A DNA stretch of 64,000 nt from Chitinispirillaceae bacterium (GCA_049514575.1 JBEKUX010000009.1:15146-79145), one strand, 5' to 3'; shown: positions 36,997-48,107, numbered from the stretch's first letter. Translations and numbers: made by a program. Notes: generated by a model from the sequence alone, not told the origin.

Positions 36997-38664
36997 ATGT
37001 TTCGAAACCGTGTCATCACTGATCGCAATGTTTTTTTCCAGTTATTGGATCGCTCCATCTGGTTTTCTGCATTCGCGGCAACCATTCTGATTTTCATCGG
37101 CTGCAATCGCTGTTCTTCCCCGGACAAAACAGGAGTTCCGGCAACAATCAATGTTTCCGATACCATTGCCATCGGCTTTTACAACGTCGAAAACCTGTTC
37201 GACCTCAACTACGACGGGGACGAATATCCCGAATACCGGCCCGGTGCGCTCGGCTGGAACAAGCAGACCTGGGAAAAAAAGGTTTACAACATCGCCTCCG
37301 CGATTGCCGCCATGAACGTTGCCGTGATCGGCCTTTGCGAAGTGGAAAACCGGAACGCTCTCGAAGGCTTGCGGAAGGAGCTGGGGAACCTCGGCGCCGA
37401 GTATCCGTATTCCGCGATTGCCGATATTCCAAGCCATACCGTGACCTGCCCGGCGCTTCTTTCGAAGCTGCCGGTTACCCGTTGGCAGGGTTTCGGTCCG
37501 GCAGTCGACGCACCGATACGGCGCAATATTCTCGAAGCAGACGTTGACTGCGGCAGAACGTCGCTTAAAATATTTGTCAACCACTGGCCGTCCAAGGCGC
37601 ATCCAGAATCCCAGCGGATCGTGATGGCGCAGGTGCTTGCGAAGCGTATCGCGCAGCTTCCCGCACAAACAGGTTACATCATCATGGGGGACCTCAATGC
37701 CGATTACGATGAGTGGTGCAAATTCCACACCGAAGGACTCGATGATACCAAAGGGGTGACCGGGCTCAACCACCTTCTGAAAACCGTTCACGGCGGCCCT
37801 GGAAATTTTTTGTCGTACGTTAATAAACAGGAAATGGCCGCCGCCGACAGTTCGTGGCTTTACGATCTCTGGCTCGAACTTCCGGAAAGCAGGCGCTGCA
37901 GCCGCATGTATCAAGGCCACTTTGAAACGCCCGACCATATCCTTTTGCCCCCTGCGCTTTTCCGCGCAAGCGGCATTTCGTATTGCGACAAATCCTTTGA
38001 AGCATTCACCTGGAACGGTGCGCTTCTCCGCAACAACGAACCGTTCAGCTGGCAGATGAGCGGGTTCGGCAAGCGGCGGTTTCATACCGGGGAGGGCTAT
38101 TCGGACCATCTTCCGGTCCGCGCCTGCTTTGCCGGAAAACCATTTGCCTTTGCCGCACAAAGCAGTCATGATTCTTCTGTTAAAAACAAACCGTCATGCG
38201 GGACATCCGCAGAGGGCGGATTCGAGCGATCAATGGAAGGATGGCTGGCCTGCGGTCAGGGAATCGATGTCTCACGCGACAGCAGCATGCCGGCTGCCGG
38301 CCGCTACTGTCTCCGCATACAGGGAAATCTTCCGCCGGATAAAAACTGCTGCATCGCCAGGACAATCCTGCGCAGGGATGCGCTCAACCGTTCGCGATGG
38401 GCGCAAATCATGTTCGACTTCCGCGGCTCGGGGAAACTGTTGCTGCGCGTGCGGTCCGGAAAAGGGCGCTGGCGCTATTACGTCGGCCCTGCCTTTGCCT
38501 CTTCAGGTTCGGCACGCTATCTGCCGGTCAGTGTTCCATCGTGGAAGCACTTTGCCCTGTCGTTTACTTACGACAACCTCGCCTCCCAGGACCTTTCGAT
38601 AGAAATCCATTCGGCGAAAGGCCTGCCCTTCCGTTTCTACGTGGACAATGTCGCGGTGAAATAG
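36997..38664 (+). CDS. Endonuclease/exonuclease/phosphatase (EEP) family lipoprotein with C-terminal CBM-like domain
   Basis: Start taken at ATG 36997: MFRNRV...ILIFIGC (lipobox). IGFYNVENLF, GLCEVEN, IIMGDLNADY and SDHLPV are EEP motifs. The C-terminal ~150 aa (GGFERSMEGW...FRFYVDNVAVK) look like a CBM4/9-type beta-sandwich. Confidence 0.75.
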   Translation: MFRNRVITDRNVFFQLLDRSIWFSAFAATILIFIGCNRCSSPDKTGVPATINVSDTIAIGFYNVENLFDLNYDGDEYPEYRPGALGWNKQTWEKKVYNIASAIAAMNVAVIGLCEVENRNALEGLRKELGNLGAEYPYSAIADIPSHTVTCPALLSKLPVTRWQGFGPAVDAPIRRNILEADVDCGRTSLKIFVNHWPSKAHPESQRIVMAQVLAKRIAQLPAQTGYIIMGDLNADYDEWCKFHTEGLDDTKGVTGLNHLLKTVHGGPGNFLSYVNKQEMAAADSSWLYDLWLELPESRRCSRMYQGHFETPDHILLPPALFRASGISYCDKSFEAFTWNGALLRNNEPFSWQMSGFGKRRFHTGEGYSDHLPVRACFAGKPFAFAAQSSHDSSVKNKPSCGTSAEGGFERSMEGWLACGQGIDVSRDSSMPAAGRYCLRIQGNLPPDKNCCIARTILRRDALNRSRWAQIMFDFRGSGKLLLRVRSGKGRWRYYVGPAFASSGSARYLPVSVPSWKHFALSFTYDNLASQDLSIEIHSAKGLPFRFYVDNVAVK

Positions 38665-38666
38665 TA

Positions 38667-39716
38667 TCACCGGCCGGCGGTTTCAAGATAATGGCTATCG
38701 CTTAGTTCCGATAGTTTCTTTGCAGCCAGCTCCGGCGTAATATCGCGCTGCGGCATGGAGAGCAGTTCGTAGCCGACCATGAACTTCTGCACCGCGGCCG
38801 AACGCAGGAGCGGCGGGAAAAAATGGAAATGGAAGTGCCATTCCGGGTGTTTGCCGCCGTCGGTCGGTTTCTGGTGGATGCCCATGGAGTAGGGAAAACT
38901 CGTGAGGAACAGATTGTCGTAACGGGTCGTGATCCGCTTGAGCGCGCCGGCAAGGTCGCGCCGCAGTTTACCGCTCATTTCCTTAATACTTGTCAGGTGG
39001 CTCTTGGGCAGCAGCATGGTCTCAAACGGCCATACCGCCCAGAAGGGAACGAGTGCGATGAACGAGTCGTTCTCGTACACGATACGCTCTTTTTTCTTGA
39101 CCTCAAGTTCCAGATAATCGCACAGCAGGCAATGCTGCTTTTTCGCCTTGAAGTAACGTTCCTGGCTGGTCCCCTCCCGTAATGGAATGACCGGTACCTG
39201 TTCGTCGGCCCAGATCTGGCCGTGCGGGTGCGGGTTCGAACACCCCATCTGCGCGCCTTTATTCTCGAAAACCTGGACATGGTTGATCTCTTTTAAACTG
39301 CCGAGTTCAACATATTGTTCTACCCATGTGTCAACAACACCGTTAAGGGCCTCAACGCTCATGCGCGGCATGGTGAGATCGTGACGGGGCGAATAGCAGA
39401 GCACACGGCATTCACCTTTTTCGTTTTTCGCGACAATCAGGCCGTTTTCGTTAAGCTGCTCACCGGGCGCTTCGAGGTAGAGCGCAGAAAAATCGTTTTT
39501 AAATACAAAAGTGCCGGTATACCGGGGATTGACGACCCCTTCCGCCCGCTTGTTGCCGGGGCACAGGTAACAGTCCGGGTTATGCGGAATGCCGGGCTGC
39601 AGAAGTGTTTCATCGGTTTTCCCCTGCCAGGGCCTCCTGGTGCGGTGCGGTGAAACAAGTATCCACTCGTCGAGAAGAGGATTGTAACGGCGGTGAGGGT
39701 GTTCGGCAAGGTTCAT
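38667..39716 (-). CDS. galT: Galactose-1-phosphate uridylyltransferase
   Basis: CYLCPGN (zinc site) and CSNPHPHGQIWA (HxHxQ active site); 349 aa. Confidence 0.92.
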   Translation of the reverse strand: MNLAEHPHRRYNPLLDEWILVSPHRTRRPWQGKTDETLLQPGIPHNPDCYLCPGNKRAEGVVNPRYTGTFVFKNDFSALYLEAPGEQLNENGLIVAKNEKGECRVLCYSPRHDLTMPRMSVEALNGVVDTWVEQYVELGSLKEINHVQVFENKGAQMGCSNPHPHGQIWADEQVPVIPLREGTSQERYFKAKKQHCLLCDYLELEVKKKERIVYENDSFIALVPFWAVWPFETMLLPKSHLTSIKEMSGKLRRDLAGALKRITTRYDNLFLTSFPYSMGIHQKPTDGGKHPEWHFHFHFFPPLLRSAAVQKFMVGYELLSMPQRDITPELAAKKLSELSDSHYLETAGR

Positions 39717-39824
39717 TAATTATGCAACTCCTTTTTGAAAAACCACCTAGTGATAAAATACACAAAAAGCCGACAGCATTAAAAACCATTTCAACGTTGC
39801 TCGCCTTATTTTTCAATAAAAACA

Positions 39825-39853
39825 TTGCAGGAATACGGTTCGAAAATTATAAT
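39825..39853 (+). promoter_or_regulatory. Sigma70-like promoter candidate for the atp operon
   Basis: TTGCAG (39825-39830), 17-nt spacer, TATAAT (39848-39853), ~80 nt upstream of the atpZ ATG 39934. Confidence 0.5.
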
Positions 39854-39933
39854 CACTCTCCTTCCTGGCGCGGCATAAGGAAGGCCGCGTGCCCGGAAAT
39901 TAATTTTAATTAACCCTCAACAGGACAGCGGGC

Positions 39934-40188
39934 ATGGGTGACAAAAAATTGCCTGAGCTACAAAAGGGCTCACACCTGAGCCGGGACCTGCTGTGGCTTT
40001 CGACGCTCGGCATCAATCTGGTACTTGCCAGCGCTGCAGGTGTTGTCATAGGGTATTATCTTGATAAGTGGCTGAAGACACCGCCGGTCCTGACGATTGT
40101 TTTTTTCTGTATCGGCACCTTTGCAGGGTTCAGACAGATTTACAAAGACGTGCGGAAACTGGGAAGCGACAATGAACGGAAAGAATAA
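39934..40188 (+). CDS. atpZ: AtpZ/AtpR-type small F0F1-associated membrane protein
   Basis: 84 aa with two TM segments (LSTLGINLVLASAAGVVIGYYLDKWL, VLTIVFFCIGTFAGF). It is the first gene of the atp cluster. Confidence 0.7.
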   Translation: MGDKKLPELQKGSHLSRDLLWLSTLGINLVLASAAGVVIGYYLDKWLKTPPVLTIVFFCIGTFAGFRQIYKDVRKLGSDNERKE

Positions 40189-40543
40189 AATTCCTGCGCG
40201 ATTATCGGCAGGTTTTGCAATCGTGATGCTGGCGGCCATAGTCCTGTTGCGGCGGCCGGGTGCCGCACACGTTGTTACCGGAATCGTGTGGGGGATGGTT
40301 GTTGCACTTCTAGGTCTGTTGATATACTATATAGTGATTCCGCGGCCAGGTGTACAGGTTAAAAGTTTTATACGTGGCTATCTGCCGGGCGCGCTCCTGC
40401 GATATGTGATCATGATCTGTGCTTTTTGCGCCGTGGTGTTCTGGCTTAAAATCAACGCGGTCGGCGTTCTGCTCGGCGCCTTTGCGGGAATGATGACCGC
40501 GACCTTCATTTCCCTTAACAAAATGCGACATCCGGAGGCGTGA
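40172..40543 (+). CDS. atpI: ATP synthase protein I-like membrane protein
   Basis: 123 aa from ATG 40172, hydrophobic throughout. It sits between atpZ and atpB and overlaps both. The family call is by position and topology only. Confidence 0.6.
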   Translation: MNGKNKIPARLSAGFAIVMLAAIVLLRRPGAAHVVTGIVWGMVVALLGLLIYYIVIPRPGVQVKSFIRGYLPGALLRYVIMICAFCAVVFWLKINAVGVLLGAFAGMMTATFISLNKMRHPEA

Positions 40544-41292
40544 ACGACATGTCCAGCGGCACCATGGAATTCGAAAGCATAGGGTGGCATATCCCTCATG
40601 TTCCCACCACGCTCTTTTTTGCGTGGATCGTATGGGCGGTTCTTATCGTCATGTCCATCGTCGTTGCTAAACGCGCCAAACTCATCCCCGGGGGTCCGCA
40701 GGTCATTTTCGAGATGCTCATCGAATATATCTGCGGCCTTGCCGACGAGCTCATAGGCCCGGAAGCGCGGAAATTCTATCCGCTCTTCATCGGCCTTTTT
40801 TTCTTTATATTAATAAGCAATCTTATCGGGTTCATTCCCGGCCTTGTATCGCCGACCTCTGACCCGAACCTGACGTTCGGACTGGCCATCATGGTCTTTT
40901 TATATTTCATATTCATCGGTTTCAAATATAACGGCATCGGCTACCTCAGGCAGTTCAAAGGCCCGAAACTGCCGTGGTTCATGTTTCCAATTTCAATTTT
41001 GATCTCCCTTACCGAAATCATTTCGTTCTTTACCCGGCCGTTTTCGCTTGGCCTTCGTCTTTTCTGCAATATTTTTTCCAAAGAGCTCTTTCTCGGGATA
41101 CTCGCCTGGCTTATCATGCAATTTATTTTTACCCCGGTGTTTTTCAATAAGGCGCTTTCGATAGGAATGCTGGTTTTCATGCGGCCGGCGATTATTCTCC
41201 TTGGATTTATCATTGCGTTCATTCAGGCGCTGGTGTTTATGGTCCTTTCGATGTCGTACATCGCCGGCGCCGTCTCTATGGAAGAACATTAA
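40540..41292 (+). CDS. atpB: F0F1 ATP synthase subunit a
   Basis: 250 aa, polytopic. FSLGLRLFCNIFSKE carries the conserved Arg of subunit a. GTG start; ATG alternatives lie 9-24 nt downstream. Confidence 0.9.
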   Translation: MNDMSSGTMEFESIGWHIPHVPTTLFFAWIVWAVLIVMSIVVAKRAKLIPGGPQVIFEMLIEYICGLADELIGPEARKFYPLFIGLFFFILISNLIGFIPGLVSPTSDPNLTFGLAIMVFLYFIFIGFKYNGIGYLRQFKGPKLPWFMFPISILISLTEIISFFTRPFSLGLRLFCNIFSKELFLGILAWLIMQFIFTPVFFNKALSIGMLVFMRPAIILLGFIIAFIQALVFMVLSMSYIAGAVSMEEH

Positions 41293-41318
41293 CAACCAAC
41301 TTGTAACGGAGGAGTCTC

Positions 41319-41669
41319 ATGACTAAAAAAGTACTGGTTCAGCTCTTCGTGCTTCTGGGGGCTGCGGCGGTCTGCGCGGCGGAAACCGTGACACCGGGCG
41401 GCATGGCCGCGGCGACCTATTTCGGCAACACGCTTCTTGCGTCGGGTATCGGCGTGGGCATTGCGGCCGGCGGGTGCGGCATCGGCATGGGTCTGGTGAT
41501 CGCGAGCGCCCTGCAGGGTATTGCGCGTCAGCCGGAACTGCAATCAAAGCTGCAGATGAACATGCTGCTCGGGTTTGCGCTCATCGAAGCGCAGGTGCTG
41601 TACGCGCTTTTCCTGGCCATTATTTTTATTTTCGCGAACCCGTTTGCCGCAAAAGTGGTCGGCGGCTGA
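41319..41669 (+). CDS. atpE: F0F1 ATP synthase subunit c with N-terminal signal-like extension
   Basis: 116 aa. The canonical hairpin is GIGVGIAAGGCGIGMG...ARQPE...LLGFALIEAQVLY, with the carboxylate Glu. A strong RBS (GGAGGAG) sits 5 nt before ATG 41319, which supports the extended form. Confidence 0.88.
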   Translation: MTKKVLVQLFVLLGAAAVCAAETVTPGGMAAATYFGNTLLASGIGVGIAAGGCGIGMGLVIASALQGIARQPELQSKLQMNMLLGFALIEAQVLYALFLAIIFIFANPFAAKVVGG

Positions 41670-41720
41670 AGATCTTTTCGACAGCCGGCGCTGTCGTTTT
41701 CCAATGCCGAGAGGAGTACA

Positions 41721-42218
41721 ATGCCTGAAATCAATTGGCAAATAATGCTGTCACAGGTCATGACCTTCCTGATCGCGCTTGCCGTGGTGTGGAAGTTCGG
41801 CTGGAAGCCGCTCACGCAGTTCATCCGCGACCGCCAGGAAAAGGTGAAGAAGACGCTTGACGATGCGGAAAATTCCCGGCAGTCGATCGCGAGGCTGGAA
41901 GCCGAGTACCGGGCGAAGCTCGAACAGATCGAGCGGAAATCGGCCGAGCTCATTGCGGCCGCGCGGCAGGATGCCGGCCGGGCGAAAGATGAAATCATGC
42001 GCGCGGCCCAGACTGAAGCCATGGAACTGCGGAAAAAGGCGCACGAACAGCTCGAAGCTGACCGCCGCCAGCTCATGGCGGAAATGCGCTCCGAGATTGT
42101 CGGGCTTTCCATGGCGATCGCCGAAAAGGCGCTGCACGAACCGCTCCCGGAATCGATACAAGACCGGAAATTCAAGGATATCCTTCAGGGGTTGAAAGGA
42201 ACGCGGAAACCGTCATGA
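41721..42218 (+). CDS. atpF: F0F1 ATP synthase subunit b
   Basis: 165 aa. One N-terminal TM, then a long charged helix (RQEKVKKTLDDAENSRQ...). Position is conserved. Confidence 0.88.
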   Translation: MPEINWQIMLSQVMTFLIALAVVWKFGWKPLTQFIRDRQEKVKKTLDDAENSRQSIARLEAEYRAKLEQIERKSAELIAAARQDAGRAKDEIMRAAQTEAMELRKKAHEQLEADRRQLMAEMRSEIVGLSMAIAEKALHEPLPESIQDRKFKDILQGLKGTRKPS

Positions 42219-42751
42219 AGAGCGGAGGCCCCTTTGCCCGGGAATATGCCCGTGTGCTTGACGACCTGGCTCCAGCCGAGCGGAAAGCCGTACAGTCCTA
42301 TTTCCGCCGGCTCGGGGACTCCCTGGGGCAGATAAAAAACTTTCTGGATCATCCGGTCATTCCTGATTCCGAAAAGCTGCGTTCCCTTGAAGCAATAGCG
42401 CCGCAGCGGTTCAGCCCTCTTATGGAGCGTATCCTGGGCGATATCATTAAACGGAAGAAGACCTTTCTTTTTGCCGCCATTGCCGATGAAATGGAACGTC
42501 GGTCGGACGAGGCGCAGAACATCCATTCCGTGGTGGTCACCAGTGGGGCGGAGCTCGCCGAACACCTGCGGACAACCCTCACCGAACAGCTGAAAAAGTA
42601 CTGTGCGGGCGGGGTAAAGGTGCGGTTCGCGGTGGACAGCGCGCTTATCGCCGGCTTCTGCATAAAGATAGGCGATACGGTTATTGACAATTCAATAATG
42701 ACGGACCTCGAACATATCCGTCGGGAACTTATGACGGTTGCTTCAACATAA
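42215..42751 (+). CDS. atpH: F0F1 ATP synthase subunit delta
   Basis: 178 aa OSCP-like (...GGVKVRFAVDSALIAGFCIKIGDTVIDNS). ATGA overlap with atpF. Confidence 0.85.
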   Translation: MKSGGPFAREYARVLDDLAPAERKAVQSYFRRLGDSLGQIKNFLDHPVIPDSEKLRSLEAIAPQRFSPLMERILGDIIKRKKTFLFAAIADEMERRSDEAQNIHSVVVTSGAELAEHLRTTLTEQLKKYCAGGVKVRFAVDSALIAGFCIKIGDTVIDNSIMTDLEHIRRELMTVAST

Positions 42752-42796
42752 GCGACCGTCAGACCATTTTTCAAACAGGTACAAAGGACGGCGAGC

Positions 42797-44308
42797 ATGG
42801 CAATTGATTCGTCACAGATCACCGGCATCTTGCGCGAAACGCTGAAAAGCTACGAGACAAAACTTGATTTGAGGGAAACCGGCTACGTCATGCAGATCGG
42901 CGACGGCATCGCGCGGGTATACGGTCTCGACCGGGCGGTGTACGGCGAGCTCGTAAGTTTTCCGCACGAGGTCTTCGGCATGGTGCTCAATCTTGAAAAC
43001 GACAGCGTCGGCTGCATTCTTTTTGGCGACGCCGTCAAAATCAAAGAGGGCGACGAGGTGAGCAGGACGGGGCGCGTCATGGCCGTTCCCGTCGGTGAAG
43101 CGCTCCTGGGCAGGGTCGTCAACCCGCTCGGCGAACCGCTTGACGGCAAAGGCGACATCAAGGCAAAAACCACGCGGCCGATCGAGGTGATCGCGCCCGG
43201 CGTCATGGAGCGCCAGCCGGTCAAGGAGCCGCTGCAGACCGGCATCAAGGCGATCGATTCCATGATTCCGATCGGCCGCGGCCAGCGCGAGCTCATCATC
43301 GGCGACCGCCAGATCGGCAAGACCGCGATCGTGGTCGACACCATCATCAACCAGAAAAACGAGGCCCGCAGGCCGATCTGTATTTATGTGGCGGTCGGAC
43401 AGAAGCAGTCAACGGTCGCGCAGATCGTCGATATTTTCGCCCGGCACAACGCGCTCGAATACACGGTCGTGGTCTCGTGCACCGCAAGTGACGCAGCGTC
43501 GCTGCAGTACATCGCGCCCTATGCCGGCTGCGCTATCGGTGAAGAATTCATGTGGCAGGGAAAAGATGTCCTTGTCGTGTACGACGACCTCACCCGGCAT
43601 GCACAGGCTTACCGCCAGCTTTCACTTCTGCTCCGCCGGCCGCCGGGCCGCGAGGCGTATCCGGGCGACGTGTTCTATCTCCACTCGCGTCTGCTCGAAC
43701 GCGCGTGTAAATTATCGGAGAAAAACGGTTCGGGATCGCTTACCGCCCTGCCGATCATTGAAACGCAGGCCGGCGATATTTCGGCGTATATTCCGACCAA
43801 TGTCATCTCGATCACGGACGGCCAGATTTTCCTGGAGCGCGGGCTCTTTTTCACGGGCCAGCGGCCAGCCATCAACAGCGGCCTCTCGGTGTCGCGCGTC
43901 GGCGGCAACGCCCAGATCAAGGCCATGCGCCAGGTTGCGGGCCGCGTCCGCCTCGACCTTGCCCAGTACCGCGAGCTTGCGGCATTCGCGCAGTTCGCGT
44001 CGGAACTCGACAGCCACTCCCAGACCCAGCTGGCACGGGGCGAACGCCTCATGGAACTCCTGAAACAGGACCAGTATCAGCCGCTTTCCGTGGAGATCCA
44101 GATCGCGATCATTTTCGCTGGAGTCAATGGTTTTATCGACGACGTGGCGATACCAAACATCCGCCGGTGGGAAACCGATTATATCGCCTACCTTAGCGGG
44201 AAACAGTCTGGTCTGCTCGCCGATATAAAGAGCAAGAAACAGATTGACGACGGTATCAAGGCGCGGCTGGAAGAAGCGATAAAGGAATTTAAGGGAAAGA
44301 AGGCTTAA
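42797..44308 (+). CDS. atpA: F0F1 ATP synthase subunit alpha
   Basis: GDRQIGKT (Walker A) and typical alpha sequence throughout; 503 aa. Confidence 0.97.
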   Translation: MAIDSSQITGILRETLKSYETKLDLRETGYVMQIGDGIARVYGLDRAVYGELVSFPHEVFGMVLNLENDSVGCILFGDAVKIKEGDEVSRTGRVMAVPVGEALLGRVVNPLGEPLDGKGDIKAKTTRPIEVIAPGVMERQPVKEPLQTGIKAIDSMIPIGRGQRELIIGDRQIGKTAIVVDTIINQKNEARRPICIYVAVGQKQSTVAQIVDIFARHNALEYTVVVSCTASDAASLQYIAPYAGCAIGEEFMWQGKDVLVVYDDLTRHAQAYRQLSLLLRRPPGREAYPGDVFYLHSRLLERACKLSEKNGSGSLTALPIIETQAGDISAYIPTNVISITDGQIFLERGLFFTGQRPAINSGLSVSRVGGNAQIKAMRQVAGRVRLDLAQYRELAAFAQFASELDSHSQTQLARGERLMELLKQDQYQPLSVEIQIAIIFAGVNGFIDDVAIPNIRRWETDYIAYLSGKQSGLLADIKSKKQIDDGIKARLEEAIKEFKGKKA

Positions 44309-44317
44309 GAATTAGGA

Positions 44318-44416
44318 GGACCTCACTCCATCACCTCGCCTGCCGATAGCAGGCACCCCTCTTCCCCTCTACCTGGGGAGAGGGGAGGAAGGGCCGGGGA
44401 AGAAGAGATGAGGTCC
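44318..44416 (+). other. Highly structured ~100-nt element between atpA and atpG
   Basis: The outer stem pairs GGACCTCACTC (44318-44328) with GAGaTGAGGTCC (44405-44416). It encloses hairpin GCCTGC-cgata-GCAGGC (44338-44354). It also encloses a pyrimidine/purine hairpin pairing CTCTTCCCCTCT (44359-44370) with AGAGGGGAGGA (44379-44389). Confidence 0.6.
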
Positions 44417-44433
44417 GGAAGAAAGAATAATAC

Positions 44434-46738
<2,305 letters not shown>

Positions 46739-46739
<1 letters not shown>

Positions 46740-46996
46740 TGAAGACAATGCCCTACGAAATCGTTACCCCGGAGCGGGTCTATCTGCGGGATGAAGCGGA
46801 GTTCATCGTGGCACCGGGTTTCGAGGGCGAGCTCGGAATACTCCCCGGCCACACGCGGCTGCTTGCCCGGCTCGTTCCGGGAAAAGTTCGTCTTGTCAAG
46901 GGAACCGAAACCAAACGATTCGTTATTGCCGATGGCTTCATCCATATAGAACCGAACGGGGTGAAGATATTCACCCCGGAAATCAAACCATCGTAA
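46739..46996 (+). CDS. atpC: F0F1 ATP synthase subunit epsilon, short form (beta-sandwich only)
   Basis: 85 aa: MKTMPYEIVTPERVYLRDEAEFIVAPGFEGELGILPGHTRLLARL... The start overlaps the atpD stop. The usual C-terminal two-helix domain is absent. Confidence 0.85.
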
Positions 46997-47057
46997 AAAA
47001 AATATCGAAATTTTTCCGATTACCAAATTCCCTTTTGAGCACTCCCCGGAAGGTACT

Positions 47058-47439
47058 CTATAAGATCTCTTCGGATCGAACGGATTCGGTTGCTGTGGAA
47101 AGAAGTGCTCCAAGTACGGAAATTTTGATATGTTTTCTTGATGCGCGACCAGTAGCAATGCCCGTGTCGGGGTCGAAAAAGAGGTCTCCTTCTTTTTGCT
47201 TGATACTGTCTAAACAGGTTTTTCTCGGTCCAGTAAATGCCTCTGTTTCATGATATATGGTATTTCCCTCGTCAAGGTTAAGTAATCACCTATAGGTCTT
47301 AATATCTTCCGGCTGCCATATAGCTGGATCAGTTATCGTTGGCTCGACTGCAAGATTTCGAATCAAGCCTTTTCTTAAAAGGATAGAGATCAACGAACCC
47401 TTCCAGTGATCGAGTGCGTCTCCAAGAAAGTTTTTTCAT
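47058..47439 (-). pseudogene. Decayed ORF downstream of brnA (frameshift in an A6 run plus in-frame TGA)
   Basis: One minus-strand frame is open from 47435 to TAG 47058 (125 sense codons) except for a single TGA at 47286-47288. I estimated ~7 stops expected by chance at this AT content. ATG 47439 is out of frame by one base across the homopolymer 47431-47436; removing one A gives MKNFLGDALDHWKGSLISILLRKGLIRNLAVEPTITDPAIWQPEDIKTYR*LLNLDEGN...GDLFFDPDTGIATGRASRKHIKISVL... Confidence 0.4.
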
Positions 47440-47464
47440 TTAAGCAGCCTACGTGTTCTTTGTG

Positions 47465-47743
47465 TCAACCCTTCCCGTACGGCGACCTCTCTTCTTCTAC
47501 TTTCTCGGCAAGCAGCACTTTCAAGAGCGATTGATAAGGGACATCCCGTTTGTTGGCCAACGATTTTAATTCATCGAGTAAAAATTCAGGTAGACGGAGA
47601 GAAATAGTCCTGGTAGACGGTTTTAACTTCGGGAACAATGCCTTCCGGGCCTTCGACCAATCAAGATATTCTGTCGAATCGTGCGTTGACCAGAATGTTC
47701 TCTCTTCTTTTTCGTTTTTAAATTTTGGGATCGGCTTTCTCAT
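47465..47743 (-). CDS. brnA: BrnA-type antitoxin (CopG/RHH-like)
   Basis: 92 aa. KFKNEKEERTFWSTHDSTEYLDWSKA then ISLRLPEFLLDELKSLANKRDVPYQSLLKVLL is the typical BrnA layout. It overlaps brnT by 26 nt. Confidence 0.85.
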   Translation of the reverse strand: MRKPIPKFKNEKEERTFWSTHDSTEYLDWSKARKALFPKLKPSTRTISLRLPEFLLDELKSLANKRDVPYQSLLKVLLAEKVEEERSPYGKG

Positions 47744-48035
47744 GGGTATCGTATATCTCTTTCTCGTTTCTGCTCATGGGTCTGGCGCATATTATTCTTA
47801 TCAGCTTTTTCCTTGGCGTAAATACGAGGTATAATTTTCTCTCTGCATTAGTCTTGCCTAAAACATAATATCGCGATTCGGTTTGTGAATGTTTTATATC
47901 CTCTGCGACAATAATCGGCCGGTTAAAAAAGACCTCTTCGCTTTCCAGCGGAGTGACATTGTGCTTCTTTGTGTTCTTGTCATAATTCCCTTCATCCCAA
48001 TCAAAGCCTTCGTACGTACCAAGCGGTAAATCCAT
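47718..48035 (-). CDS. brnT: BrnT-type toxin (DUF497 ribonuclease)
   Basis: 105 aa. FDWDEGNYDKNTKKHNVTPLESEEVFFN...RYYVLGKT...LYLVFTPR...IRIICARPMSRNEKEIY matches the BrnT family pattern. Confidence 0.85.
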   Translation of the reverse strand: MDLPLGTYEGFDWDEGNYDKNTKKHNVTPLESEEVFFNRPIIVAEDIKHSQTESRYYVLGKTNAERKLYLVFTPRKKLIRIICARPMSRNEKEIYDTHEKADPKI

Positions 48036-48107
48036 TAAATATCCTTGTATATTATCAATATATACTTTTTTCGACCATTGTTCAAGTGTTTTTGCTGATT
48101 TTTTATT

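Noticed and set aside
39860-39890. Two interleaved short stems in the atp leader (CCTTCC/GGAAGG and GCGCGG/CCGCGT), suggesting a pseudoknot or attenuator.
   Set aside because: The stems are only 5-6 bp. The interleaved topology leaves a zero-length third loop, which is sterically implausible. I cannot assess significance by eye.
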